Positions 9,232 through 18,326 of a DNA stretch of 64,000 nucleotides are shown here, piece by piece. The translations under genes were made by a program, and so were the position numbers. Origin of the DNA: Thermofilaceae archaeon (GTDB lineage: Archaea; Thermoproteota; Thermoprotei; Thermofilales; Thermofilaceae); the NCBI GenBank assembly GCA_038727095.1, contig JAVYWK010000002.1:1-64000 (forward strand). Direction: 5' to 3'. Position 1 is the stretch's first letter; each line of letters begins with the position of its first letter. The notes beneath the pieces were generated by a model that was not told the DNA's origin, ran no database searches, and saw only the letters and a list, made by a program, of their open reading frames with translations.

Positions 9232-9558
9232 CTCAGAGCGCTCACAAACAATACTACAAAAACTTTGCTTTGTAGCTAGAGTTCAAGAAACTCTCCTTCT
9301 TTTGTCGACTCAAGGGGCGGGTTTTTAGATCCTTTATAGGCTTATTTGAGAGTTTACGTGCCGCTGCAGTGAGCCGTGCTGTTCGCCTCTTATTCGCTTC
9401 ATCTAGCTCTTTCTAGGAAAATGCTGAAACGTTAAGGCGCGCGAAGATCATTAGTTGAGTTTCATGAAGCGCAGTAAGAGGTCTCTCTTCGTAGACTCTT
9501 TCTTTTCAGCTTGCGCTAGCAGCAAAATTTATCTACGTATTCGCGCCTAGTAGAATGA

Positions 9559-9960
9559 GTGAGGGATACTCTTAGTCTGAGCCAACTCAGATTCCTAGAT
9601 CATAATCTTAGGGTTAAGTTTAACAGATTCGGTGTGCATAGCTTGTGGCAGCTCGTCGAGCACGGGCTTACAGCGAGGGAGCGACGGCTCCTCGCCAGAA
9701 GACTTGGTGTGGAAGAAGGCAACGTGTTGAAGCTCGCCAGGTTGGCTGACATGTGCAGACTTTGCGATATAGAATTAGCGGAACTATTAATTGAGGCTGG
9801 GGTAAACACGCCCCTTGAGCTCCCTTATAGGTCGTTAAGCGAATTATGTGCAATGGTTTCAGACGCTGCGCAACGATTTGGTTTCTCGCTGCCTGCCCGC
9901 AGCGAGCTGGAGGAGCTGAGGAAGAAGGCCCGTACTCTGCCCCCCCTCTTTGACTACTGA
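9559..9960 (+). CDS. DUF4332-like helix-hairpin-helix protein
   Basis: RRLLARRLGV...LARLADMCRL...AELLIEAGVNT..EL pattern; TATA-like TTTATC at about 9528. Confidence 0.65.
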   Translation: MRDTLSLSQLRFLDHNLRVKFNRFGVHSLWQLVEHGLTARERRLLARRLGVEEGNVLKLARLADMCRLCDIELAELLIEAGVNTPLELPYRSLSELCAMVSDAAQRFGFSLPARSELEELRKKARTLPPLFDY

Positions 9961-9998
9961 ATGAGTTAAACCTTTTACCCCTCCATCCCTTAAGACCT

Positions 9999-10913
9999 GT
10001 GGCCGAGCCCACCTGGAGGTTCATTGTTGAATGGATGGTAATGTCGCATGAGGCGCACCTTCATGGCGTGAGAAAGATTATGTACTCAGGTAAGACAAAA
10101 TACCAGCAGGTAGATATCGTTGAGACCTACTCGTTCGGGAAGTGCCTCTTCCTTGACGGCAAACTGCAGAGCTCCAGTTACGACGAGCACGTATATCATG
10201 AAGCTCTCGTGCATCCCGCTATGATGACTAACCCCGAGCCGAGGCGCGTGCTTATAATCGGTGGTGGAGAAGGAGCTACAGCTAGGGAAGTTCTCCGCTA
10301 CCCCAGCGTGGAAAGGGTTGTAATGGTTGACATTGATGGGGAGCTCGTCGACCTCTGCCGCAGGTACATGCCCGAGTGGAGCCAGGGAGCCTTCGAAGAC
10401 CCGCGCCTTGAGCTGATCATCAGTGATGGACGCAAGTACATTGAAGAAACGGAGGAGCTCTTCGACGTTGTAATCATCGACTTAACCGACCCGCTGCCCG
10501 GCACCCCCTCCGTGTACCTCTACACGAAGGAGTTCTACGAGATGATCAGAGGCAGGCTTCACCCTCACGGCGTCATGGTTACTCAGGCTACTTCCCTCCG
10601 CTACTCGCTGGATACGTCGGCGAAGATCAGGAACGCCGTGGCCGCGGTCTTCCCTATCACACGCATGTACGCAGCCAGCATCACTAGTTTCATGAGCCTG
10701 TGGGGCTTCGTATTGGGAAGTCTGGGCAGGGACCCTCTTTCAATCCCCCATGAGGAGATTAGCTCACGCTTGGCCTCGCTTAAGGGGGAGCTTCTATTCT
10801 ACGAAGAAGAGCTGCATCGTAGCCTCTTCCATCTACCCCGGTTCGTACGGGATAGGGTTTACGCAGTCAAGGACATTCCCACCGATGCGAACCCCTCTTT
10901 CGTACCGTTCTAG
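9999..10913 (+). CDS. speE: Spermidine synthase / polyamine aminopropyltransferase
   Basis: YHEALVHPAM, VLIIGGGEGATARE, VDID, DVVIIDLTDP motifs. Confidence 0.95.
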   Translation: MAEPTWRFIVEWMVMSHEAHLHGVRKIMYSGKTKYQQVDIVETYSFGKCLFLDGKLQSSSYDEHVYHEALVHPAMMTNPEPRRVLIIGGGEGATAREVLRYPSVERVVMVDIDGELVDLCRRYMPEWSQGAFEDPRLELIISDGRKYIEETEELFDVVIIDLTDPLPGTPSVYLYTKEFYEMIRGRLHPHGVMVTQATSLRYSLDTSAKIRNAVAAVFPITRMYAASITSFMSLWGFVLGSLGRDPLSIPHEEISSRLASLKGELLFYEEELHRSLFHLPRFVRDRVYAVKDIPTDANPSFVPF

Positions 10914-11785
10914 AGCTGAAGCATTTTGCAGGCTTCCTCTATGATCACTGGGTTGTTACACACCTTAAGCGAGAGCAGTATGGCGTCTAGGTAGGTTTCA
11001 GGCGTACCCACATCAACCCAGTAAGCGTTGCCAACGTCGTAGACGTAGAAGTCCTCCCCCCATTCGACTAAAGTCTGAACAGCGTCGGTGAGCTCAATCT
11101 CGCCGCGGGGGCTAGGCTTACATGTTTCGAGGGCTTCGAAGATCCTAGGGGGTAGGAGGTACAGTGAAGTGTTTACGAGGTTGTTGGGGGGGTCGCGCGG
11201 TTTTTCGATAATTCTCTCAAGCTTGATCACTCTCTCGAGAATACCCCGGCCTACTATCACGCCGTACCTTCTAGGGTCTTCTACCCTTTTCCCCGCCATG
11301 ACAGCGCCCCCGAATTCCTTATGCAGCCTGAGCAGCTCCTTGGCTACGTTTTCGCCGAGGAACACGTTATCCCCAGCTGCCACGAAAAAGTACTTATCGG
11401 CCGCGAAATGCTTAGCCTGAGCTACCGCGTCACCCGTCCCCCTCGGTACAGGCTGGTTCACCCAAACGATATGCGAACTCTCAATCATCCTGTAAAACCG
11501 CCGGAGCAACTCGGCTTCGCTAAACTTGCCCTTTTCCTCTAGGAAGTCCACGTAACTCCAGTCGGGTGTGAAGTGGTCCTCAACAGCTCTCTTACCTCGA
11601 CCCACTACGAAGCAGTACTCCCTCACTCCAGCTTCGTAGAGCTGCTCAAAAACGACTTGGAGGATCGGCTTAAGGATTGGCTTTCCGCCCTCGAGCTGGA
11701 AGATGGGGAGCATCTCTTTAGGCATCTCCTTACTGTAGGGGATGAGACGCGTACCGAGTCCCGCAGCGAGTATAACAGCTTTCAT
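10910..11785 (-). CDS. Sugar-phosphate nucleotidyltransferase (UTP-glucose-1-phosphate uridylyltransferase-like)
   Basis: ILAAGLGTRL..PKEMLP, GRGKRAVEDHF, QPVPRGTGDAV, EKP, GEIELTDA. Confidence 0.9.
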   Translation of the reverse strand: MKAVILAAGLGTRLIPYSKEMPKEMLPIFQLEGGKPILKPILQVVFEQLYEAGVREYCFVVGRGKRAVEDHFTPDWSYVDFLEEKGKFSEAELLRRFYRMIESSHIVWVNQPVPRGTGDAVAQAKHFAADKYFFVAAGDNVFLGENVAKELLRLHKEFGGAVMAGKRVEDPRRYGVIVGRGILERVIKLERIIEKPRDPPNNLVNTSLYLLPPRIFEALETCKPSPRGEIELTDAVQTLVEWGEDFYVYDVGNAYWVDVGTPETYLDAILLSLKVCNNPVIIEEACKMLQL

Positions 11786-11830
11786 TGAAGCTTCAACGCT
11801 CTCTGAAAGTTACGCATATAAAATTGTTTG

Positions 11831-12757
11831 TTACGCGTCTCGAAGCGCCTTAATCGTCCTCCTTACACCTTCCTCCAGCGGGATCGACGCTTCATAACCG
11901 AAATCTCTCACAGCTCTCGCGATACTGGCGAAGGAGTGCTTGATGTCTCCCACTCTCGGTGCAGTGTGCAGGGGTTTTAGGTCGGGTCTCCCGAGGACGC
12001 GTGCCACTATTTCAGCTAGTTCCAGCACGCTAATCGGCTTTCCGCTGCCGATGTTGTACACCCCCCTGACACGCTCGAGTGCCAGTGCCCTTACAAAGTA
12101 CTCAACGACGTCGTCGATGAACACCAGATCCCTCGTCTGCGCACCATCGCCGAAGATCACGGGCGGCTCGCCCCTCTGGATACGCTTAATGAACTCCACC
12201 ACAACGCCGGCGTAAGCCTTACTCTGCTTTGGGCCATACACGTTAAAGAGCCTCAACACCACTGGGCGGAAGCCGTGGATGTGAGCGTACGCGCTCACGA
12301 GGGCCTCTCCCGCCACCTTTGAGGCCCCGTAGGGGGAAAGCGGCTGCAGCGGGTGCTCCTCATCAATGGGTAAGCGCACAGGGTTCCCGTACACTGCAGC
12401 ACTCGATGCGAAGACAAACACCCCAGCCCGCCTTGCGGCTTCAAGGACGTTCAACGTACCCCGCACGTTTACATCCAGGTAGAGGAAAGGTTTCTGCAAG
12501 GACTCCGCCACGTCGATTAAAGCGGCTAAGTGTACGACGCCATCGGCCTGCTGCGCAACAGCTTCCACAGCCTCACGATCGCGGACATCACCCTCAATTA
12601 CCTCGATATCACCCATAAGTTCTCCGAGGTTCTCGCTCGAACCTGTCGAGAAGTTGTCAAAGACTACAACTTCGTAGCCGCTTTGAACCAGCCTCCTCAC
12701 TAGGTGACTGCCGATAAACCCCGCACCGCCAGTGACTAGAACCTTCATCTGCATCAT
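11831..12757 (-). CDS. NAD-dependent epimerase/dehydratase (UDP-glucose 4-epimerase-like)
   Basis: VTGGAGFIGSH, SSAAVYG, YGASK, RLFNVYGPKQ; start approximate. Confidence 0.92.
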   Translation of the reverse strand: MMQMKVLVTGGAGFIGSHLVRRLVQSGYEVVVFDNFSTGSSENLGELMGDIEVIEGDVRDREAVEAVAQQADGVVHLAALIDVAESLQKPFLYLDVNVRGTLNVLEAARRAGVFVFASSAAVYGNPVRLPIDEEHPLQPLSPYGASKVAGEALVSAYAHIHGFRPVVLRLFNVYGPKQSKAYAGVVVEFIKRIQRGEPPVIFGDGAQTRDLVFIDDVVEYFVRALALERVRGVYNIGSGKPISVLELAEIVARVLGRPDLKPLHTAPRVGDIKHSFASIARAVRDFGYEASIPLEEGVRRTIKALRDA

Positions 12758-12925
12758 CCCCACTCCAGTGTAGGGAGACAACGTAGAAGTGAGTATCGCC
12801 CGGAGTTTTTCGTCTCAAAGCTGCCATCGTCGCGGAAAGGCCTCGTTCCAGTTGCTAGGCTCACAGCCGACCCCTACTTGGGGTAATGCTTAAGAGGTAG
12901 GGGGTACGGCCACTGCGGTATACGG

Positions 12926-14548
12926 ATGAGGAGGGGGGTCCTCTTAGCCGGGATTGTTGCAGCCGTCGTAGCGGCCGCTGTCTTAGCGTACTTTTTTGTG
13001 TACCTACCCAGCCAACAGCGCGGAAAGATCAAGGTGGTTGTATACGCGTACCTCGACCGGATCACTGGGATAGACCCGTCCATCGAAGATGATACGGGTA
13101 TTCCAGTAATCGGCGTGGTTTACGAGACGCTTGTGAGGTACGATCCGGCTACGGGAGACGTAGTACCAGTACTCGCTGAGAGCTGGGAGCACAGCGAGGA
13201 TGGAACACTCTGGACCTTAAGATTGAGGAGGGGTGTCGTCTTCCACGATGGTACACCCTTCAACTCGACCGCTGTGAAGCTCTCTATCGAGCGTGCTAAG
13301 GGTATCTACGAGAAGTTCGGCCGCGGCAGCGGTTACATCTGGAGTTCTGTGGAGGAAGTGGAAATAGTCGACGAGTACACCGTTAATATCAGGCTCTCTT
13401 ACCCGACACGATTGGATCTGATGGCGGCTGCCATATACTCCGCTTACATCTTTAGTCCCTCAGCCCTCGCTAAAGCCGGCGTCGATTCGCCGCTGGACCC
13501 CGAGCTGGAGTCGTGGTTCAACCAGGGCAACGATGCTGGTAGCGGGCCCTACTACATCGAGTACTACAGCCCTGAGAGCGAGGTGAGGCTGAGAAAGTTC
13601 GAGAAATGGTGGGGTTGGAGCCTCGTTAATAACCCGGATGCACCCGACGTTGTAGTGATTAAGATCATGACGGATCCTCTGTCCCAGTACAACGGCCTGC
13701 TAGCTGAAGAGGTGCACATCGCCTCCAGCGTCCCTCGCGCCAACGTGGGAGACTTAGCGTCTCGGGGCTTTAAAGTGTTAAACGTGACCCTATTCCACAA
13801 CTACCTCCTATTGTTCAACATCCGTCGCTACCCCACGAACATCACCTCTTTCAGGCTAGCCGTGATCCACGCGATACCATGGGAAGAGCTAGTGCAAGTA
13901 GCCTTAAGGGGCTTCGGCAGGGTGGGTAAGGGACTCATACCACACGGGTTCCCCGGCTACGATGAACGGCTCGCGTACAAGTATGACCTGACACTAGCCA
14001 GAGAGTACCTCCAGGAGTCGGGAGTACCGAAGGGCACAACGATCGAGTTTGTGTACCAGGGCGAGTACGAGGAGAACGAGGCTTTCGCGCAGCTCTTAAA
14101 GTCTAGGCTGGCTGAGATTGGCATCACCGTTGAACTCAAACCGCTGCCTTGGATCGCTGTCAAGGATGCCGGTAAGGCCGTCTGGGAGGATGCTGACCGC
14201 GCTCCTCACCTCATCATTAGCGACTGGTGGCCAACGATACCCTCCCCTTACGAGTTCCTAGCCCTTTTACACAGCACGAACACGGAGTGGAATTGGGCCG
14301 GCTATAACAACGCCGAATTCGATGAGCTATTGGATAAAGCGTACGAGCTTGAAGGGGAGGACTACGAGCTAGCACTACAGCTCTACGCTCAAGCCCAGAA
14401 AATGGTGTTCGATGAAGGCGTCGCGGTCAACCTCTGGGATGAAGTTAGACCATTTGTGGTTAGCTCCCGCGTCGATCTCCCGGAGGATGCGTTAAATCCA
14501 CTGTACATCTACGTAATCCGCTTCGAACTCGTTAAAGTGAGAGACTGA
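12926..14548 (+). CDS. Peptide/nickel ABC transporter substrate-binding protein (family 5)
   Basis: N-terminal membrane anchor, YETLV..PVLAESW..LRRGVVFHDGTPF, GSGPY. Confidence 0.93.
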   Translation: MRRGVLLAGIVAAVVAAAVLAYFFVYLPSQQRGKIKVVVYAYLDRITGIDPSIEDDTGIPVIGVVYETLVRYDPATGDVVPVLAESWEHSEDGTLWTLRLRRGVVFHDGTPFNSTAVKLSIERAKGIYEKFGRGSGYIWSSVEEVEIVDEYTVNIRLSYPTRLDLMAAAIYSAYIFSPSALAKAGVDSPLDPELESWFNQGNDAGSGPYYIEYYSPESEVRLRKFEKWWGWSLVNNPDAPDVVVIKIMTDPLSQYNGLLAEEVHIASSVPRANVGDLASRGFKVLNVTLFHNYLLLFNIRRYPTNITSFRLAVIHAIPWEELVQVALRGFGRVGKGLIPHGFPGYDERLAYKYDLTLAREYLQESGVPKGTTIEFVYQGEYEENEAFAQLLKSRLAEIGITVELKPLPWIAVKDAGKAVWEDADRAPHLIISDWWPTIPSPYEFLALLHSTNTEWNWAGYNNAEFDELLDKAYELEGEDYELALQLYAQAQKMVFDEGVAVNLWDEVRPFVVSSRVDLPEDALNPLYIYVIRFELVKVRD

Positions 14549-14551
14549 GAG

Positions 14552-15577
14552 ATGCCGCTGAGCCTCAGCTACCTGGTTAAAAGGGTCGCCTGGAGCATAA
14601 CCGTCATAGTTGGTGTCGTCGTTCTCTCCTACCTGATAATCATCCTCTCACCTGGAGACCCTGCGGTAAAGTGGGCGGGCCACCCGAGGGGGCCGGGCGC
14701 AGCTAAGGCGGTGGAGCAGGCCAGAAAGGAGCTGGGGCTGGATCAACCCCTTCACACACAGATTCTGAACTTTCTGCGTATGGTCTTCACCGGCGACCTT
14801 GGTCTCTCAATCGCCTACCGTCAGCCGGTGTACGACGTGCTGTGGCGCAACTTAGCTGCGACCTTAGAGCTCCTACTCGTGGCGTACGCCATCGGCGTCC
14901 CCCTCGGCTCATTCCTCGGCGTCTTCGCAGCGCTTCGCAGGGGGAAAAGAGTGGATGGCGTGCTCCAAGCGATCGGTACGGTGTTCGCTAACACCCCGAC
15001 GTTCTGGCTGGGCCTGGCAATTTTCATGGCTCTACTGCCTTCCGGTTTTACAGCTTACGGGCGGGTTAACGTGAGTCTCGCCCTTTCTACCGGCTTCTAC
15101 ACAATTACGGGCTTATACCTACTCGATGCCCTGCTCCAGCTCAATTTCCCCGTTTTCGTCGATGCGCTCGTTCGCCTCTTGCCCCCAGCGCTGGCCGTCA
15201 CTGCCTACCCCGTAGGTGTGTGCCTGAGGATTGGTAGGACGCTCATGGCGGACGCTCTCCTCGAGGAGTACGTGAGGGCGGCCGCTGCATGGGGGGTTAA
15301 GAGAAGAACGATAGTGTGGAGGTACGCTTTTAGGGCTGCGTTGCCCGGTTTAGTTCAGGTCAGCGGCTTAGCATTCGCGTACAGCCTCGTTGACGCAATG
15401 GTGGTCGAGTACGTGTTCGGGAGGGAGGGTCTGGGGCGCCTCCTTTACGATGCGGTCAGCGTTAACGACTTCAGGCTCGCAATCGGGCTCCTCGTAATAG
15501 TTGCAGCCTTCTACCTGATCGTTAATACCCTGGCAGACATCGCTCAAGCTCTGATCGATCCCAGGGTGAGACTATGA
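14552..15577 (+). CDS. Peptide ABC transporter permease (DppB/OppB-like)
   Basis: PGDPA, LGLDQPL, GDLGLS, EYVRAAAAWG (EAA loop), VEYVFGREGLG. Confidence 0.93.
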   Translation: MPLSLSYLVKRVAWSITVIVGVVVLSYLIIILSPGDPAVKWAGHPRGPGAAKAVEQARKELGLDQPLHTQILNFLRMVFTGDLGLSIAYRQPVYDVLWRNLAATLELLLVAYAIGVPLGSFLGVFAALRRGKRVDGVLQAIGTVFANTPTFWLGLAIFMALLPSGFTAYGRVNVSLALSTGFYTITGLYLLDALLQLNFPVFVDALVRLLPPALAVTAYPVGVCLRIGRTLMADALLEEYVRAAAAWGVKRRTIVWRYAFRAALPGLVQVSGLAFAYSLVDAMVVEYVFGREGLGRLLYDAVSVNDFRLAIGLLVIVAAFYLIVNTLADIAQALIDPRVRL

Positions 15578-16470
15578 GCGAGGTAAAAGAGGTGCTAGAG
15601 CTCAGCCACGCAGTGAGGCGGGCGTGGATAAGGAGCACGCGTTTCAAGGTGGGCGCTGCGCTCTCAAGTTTCGTTCTGCTCCTCGCGATCCTTGGGCCGC
15701 TTGTGGCGCCTTATCCTAGCGAAGGAATGGGAGCAGTCCCGCCAACTGCAGCAGAGCGGACCGGTAGACCACCAAGCTTCGAGTTCCCGATGGGTACGGA
15801 CAACTTGGGTAGAGATGTCCTCTCGCGGGTCCTGATGGGGGCGAGGCTAGCTCTGATCCAGATAACCGCCGTCGTGGCCGCGAGTCTTGCAATCGGCCTG
15901 GTCGTTGGAGTGTTGGCGGCGTACTACAGGGGGCCCATCGAGGTCGCGCTGAACTACCTCACTGAGGTCTTCCTTGCCCTCCCAGCGATAGTTATGGCTC
16001 TCGCTCTTCGGCTGGCTTTGGGCCAGGGGTTCCACACGCTGCTCTTCAGCCTCATACTGTCGTGGTGGCCGTGGTACGCGCGCGCCTCCTTCGTTTATGC
16101 GAGGTCGGTAGTCGAGATGGATTACGTGCTTTTAGCGAGGCTGGCGGGGGTTCCCGACCGAGTTGTGCTCCTCCGGCACGTGCTTTGGAATATCCTGCAG
16201 CCGGTTCTCGTCCAAGCGATCACGGATTTGGGCAGCGTACTGCTGGAAGCTTCCGCCATAAACTTCTTGGGGCTGGGGCTCAAGCCTGACGAGCCCGATT
16301 GGGGCATCATCGCTCAGAACGGCTTCAAGTACATAACCTCCATGCCGTGGATCAGCCTCTTCCCGGGGCTCTTCATCCTCCTGACCGCGCTTGGTTTCAG
16401 CCTGCTTGGAGACGCGCTGAGAGAGGAGCTCGACCCCCGCCTGCGAAGGAGGTGGAAGCTATGGTTCTAG
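15574..16470 (+). CDS. Peptide ABC transporter permease (DppC/OppC-like)
   Basis: MGTDNLGRDVLSR, FLGLG..P..PDWG, LLGDALREELDPR. Confidence 0.93.
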   Translation: MSEVKEVLELSHAVRRAWIRSTRFKVGAALSSFVLLLAILGPLVAPYPSEGMGAVPPTAAERTGRPPSFEFPMGTDNLGRDVLSRVLMGARLALIQITAVVAASLAIGLVVGVLAAYYRGPIEVALNYLTEVFLALPAIVMALALRLALGQGFHTLLFSLILSWWPWYARASFVYARSVVEMDYVLLARLAGVPDRVVLLRHVLWNILQPVLVQAITDLGSVLLEASAINFLGLGLKPDEPDWGIIAQNGFKYITSMPWISLFPGLFILLTALGFSLLGDALREELDPRLRRRWKLWF

Positions 16471-17414
16471 CGGTTGCTTCAAGGAATCTGAGCATCGGGT
16501 ATGAGGAGCTCGACAGCGTGGTCTGGGCCGTTAAAAACGTCAGCCTGGAAATCGAGCGGGGATCCGCTTTCTGCCTAGCCGGTGAGAGCGGGTGCGGGAA
16601 ATCAACCCTCGGCAGTGCGATAGCCGGTATACTACCTCCACACGCTGTGACAAAGGGGGTGCTGCTCGTAAACGGGAAAAGCGTCATCAACGGTGAGGTT
16701 CGCGATTATGAAGGGGTCAGAGGGAGGAGGGTTACCTACATCCCCCAGAATCCCGGCTCAAGCCTCTCTCCCTACCTTAAGATTGGAGGGCAGTTCTACC
16801 ATGTGCTGAAGAGCGTGCACGGGCTCGAGAAAAGGGAGGCATTCGCCAAAGCTAGGGACTACCTGAGAAAGGTGGAGTTGAACCCTGATGATGTCCTCGA
16901 GCGATACCCCCACGAGCTGAGCGGTGGGATGCAGCAGCGAGCTGCGATCGCTCTTGCTCTCTCGACGGGTGCTGAACTCCTCGTTGCCGACGAACCTACC
17001 TCTGCGCTCGACGCCCACCTCCGGCTCCAGATAGTCGAGCTTCTGAGGAAGCTGCGCGAGGAGAACGGCCTCACGCTGATCTTCATCTCTCACGACCTGC
17101 TGTTAGCCAGCGCACTTTGCGAGAAAAGCGCGGTGATGTACGCTGGTAGGATAGTAGAGATCGGTGATACGCGCCGCATCATGGAGGCCCCGGCTCACCC
17201 GTACACGCGTATGCTGATCGGAGCAATCCCCAGACTTGGTGATAAGAGGCTGTTGAGATCCTACCCGGGCGAGCCTCCTAGGCCGGGAGAAGAGAAAGTG
17301 GGCTGCCCGTTTTACGATAGATGTCCCAGCTCTATCGCTAAGTGCACGCGAGAGAAGCCTTCCCTCGTCCCTGTGGGTGATGGGCGCTATGTCGAATGCT
17401 GGCTTTACGCATAG
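16461..17414 (+). CDS. Peptide ABC transporter ATPase (DppD-like)
   Basis: GESGCGKST, LSGGMQQR, DEPT, C-terminal CPFYDRC Cys motif; start ATG 16461 after GGAGGTGG. Confidence 0.93.
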   Translation: MVLAVASRNLSIGYEELDSVVWAVKNVSLEIERGSAFCLAGESGCGKSTLGSAIAGILPPHAVTKGVLLVNGKSVINGEVRDYEGVRGRRVTYIPQNPGSSLSPYLKIGGQFYHVLKSVHGLEKREAFAKARDYLRKVELNPDDVLERYPHELSGGMQQRAAIALALSTGAELLVADEPTSALDAHLRLQIVELLRKLREENGLTLIFISHDLLLASALCEKSAVMYAGRIVEIGDTRRIMEAPAHPYTRMLIGAIPRLGDKRLLRSYPGEPPRPGEEKVGCPFYDRCPSSIAKCTREKPSLVPVGDGRYVECWLYA

Positions 17415-18207
17415 CTCGCCGATAGTGGAACTCGAGGATGTCACCGTTGGCTATTGGACGACGAGTGGGTCCTCTATAAGGAAAAGATTCACCCCCGTGC
17501 TCAAGGGGATACAAGTTACAGTACGCGACGGGGAGAGGGTAGCTGTAATTGGTGAGAGTGGGTCTGGGAAAACTACGCTCCTAAAAGTGATGCTGGGCAT
17601 CCTTCCGCCCGTATCAGGTAGGGTAAGGGTGCTGGGCCACGAGATCTACCGTCTGCCGCACCGGCAGCGCTGGAAGGTTACCAGCCAGGTCGGGTATGTC
17701 CCGCAGGAGCCCGCAAGAGCGCTGAACCCACGCTTGAAGATCCGAGATATCGTGATGGAGCCCCTCGAGCGATTCAAGCTCACTGAAAGAGAGAGAGATG
17801 AAAGGGTAAAGGAGGCCATAAGAATGGTCCAGCTTCACGAGAGCATCCTCGACTATTATCCGACCCAGCTCAGCGGCGGTATGATGCAAAGAGTGCTGAT
17901 CGCCAGAGCCATAGTGCACGATCCTGAAATCCTCCTGCTAGACGAACCGACCTCAGCTTTGGACGTATCCATTCAAGCCCAGATAATCAACCTCCTGGAC
18001 GCGATTCAGAGGAAGCTGGAATGCTCGATGATCACCGTGACGCACGACCTACCTGTAGCACAGTACTTAGCTGACCGTGCCGTTCTACTGCAAAAGGGAA
18101 CGGTCGTCGAAGACGCCCCCTTTGAGGAGCTGATAAGGAGCCCTAAGAGTGAGCTTGCAAAGATACTGATTCAGAGCTTCTCACTAACCACTTCAAGACC
18201 CATCTGA
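17389..18207 (+). CDS. Peptide ABC transporter ATPase (DppF-like, short)
   Basis: GESGSGKTT, LSGGMMQR, DEPTSALDVSIQAQI; start approximate. Confidence 0.92.
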   Translation: MSNAGFTHSSPIVELEDVTVGYWTTSGSSIRKRFTPVLKGIQVTVRDGERVAVIGESGSGKTTLLKVMLGILPPVSGRVRVLGHEIYRLPHRQRWKVTSQVGYVPQEPARALNPRLKIRDIVMEPLERFKLTERERDERVKEAIRMVQLHESILDYYPTQLSGGMMQRVLIARAIVHDPEILLLDEPTSALDVSIQAQIINLLDAIQRKLECSMITVTHDLPVAQYLADRAVLLQKGTVVEDAPFEELIRSPKSELAKILIQSFSLTTSRPI

Positions 18208-18326
18208 TCCGTAAAAATGAGCCCCCTGCTATTACGTCCCTACCCAAACACAGATAATCTAGGTACTACACCACCTTTCAGCTGATTCATCCTTCCTAGC
18301 AGCTCCCTATCCTCAGCTGGGATTGA

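Noticed and set aside
1-9300. Integrated mobile element explaining the AT-rich block
   Set aside because: No integrase, transposase, att repeat or flanking tRNA is visible; the left boundary lies outside the window.
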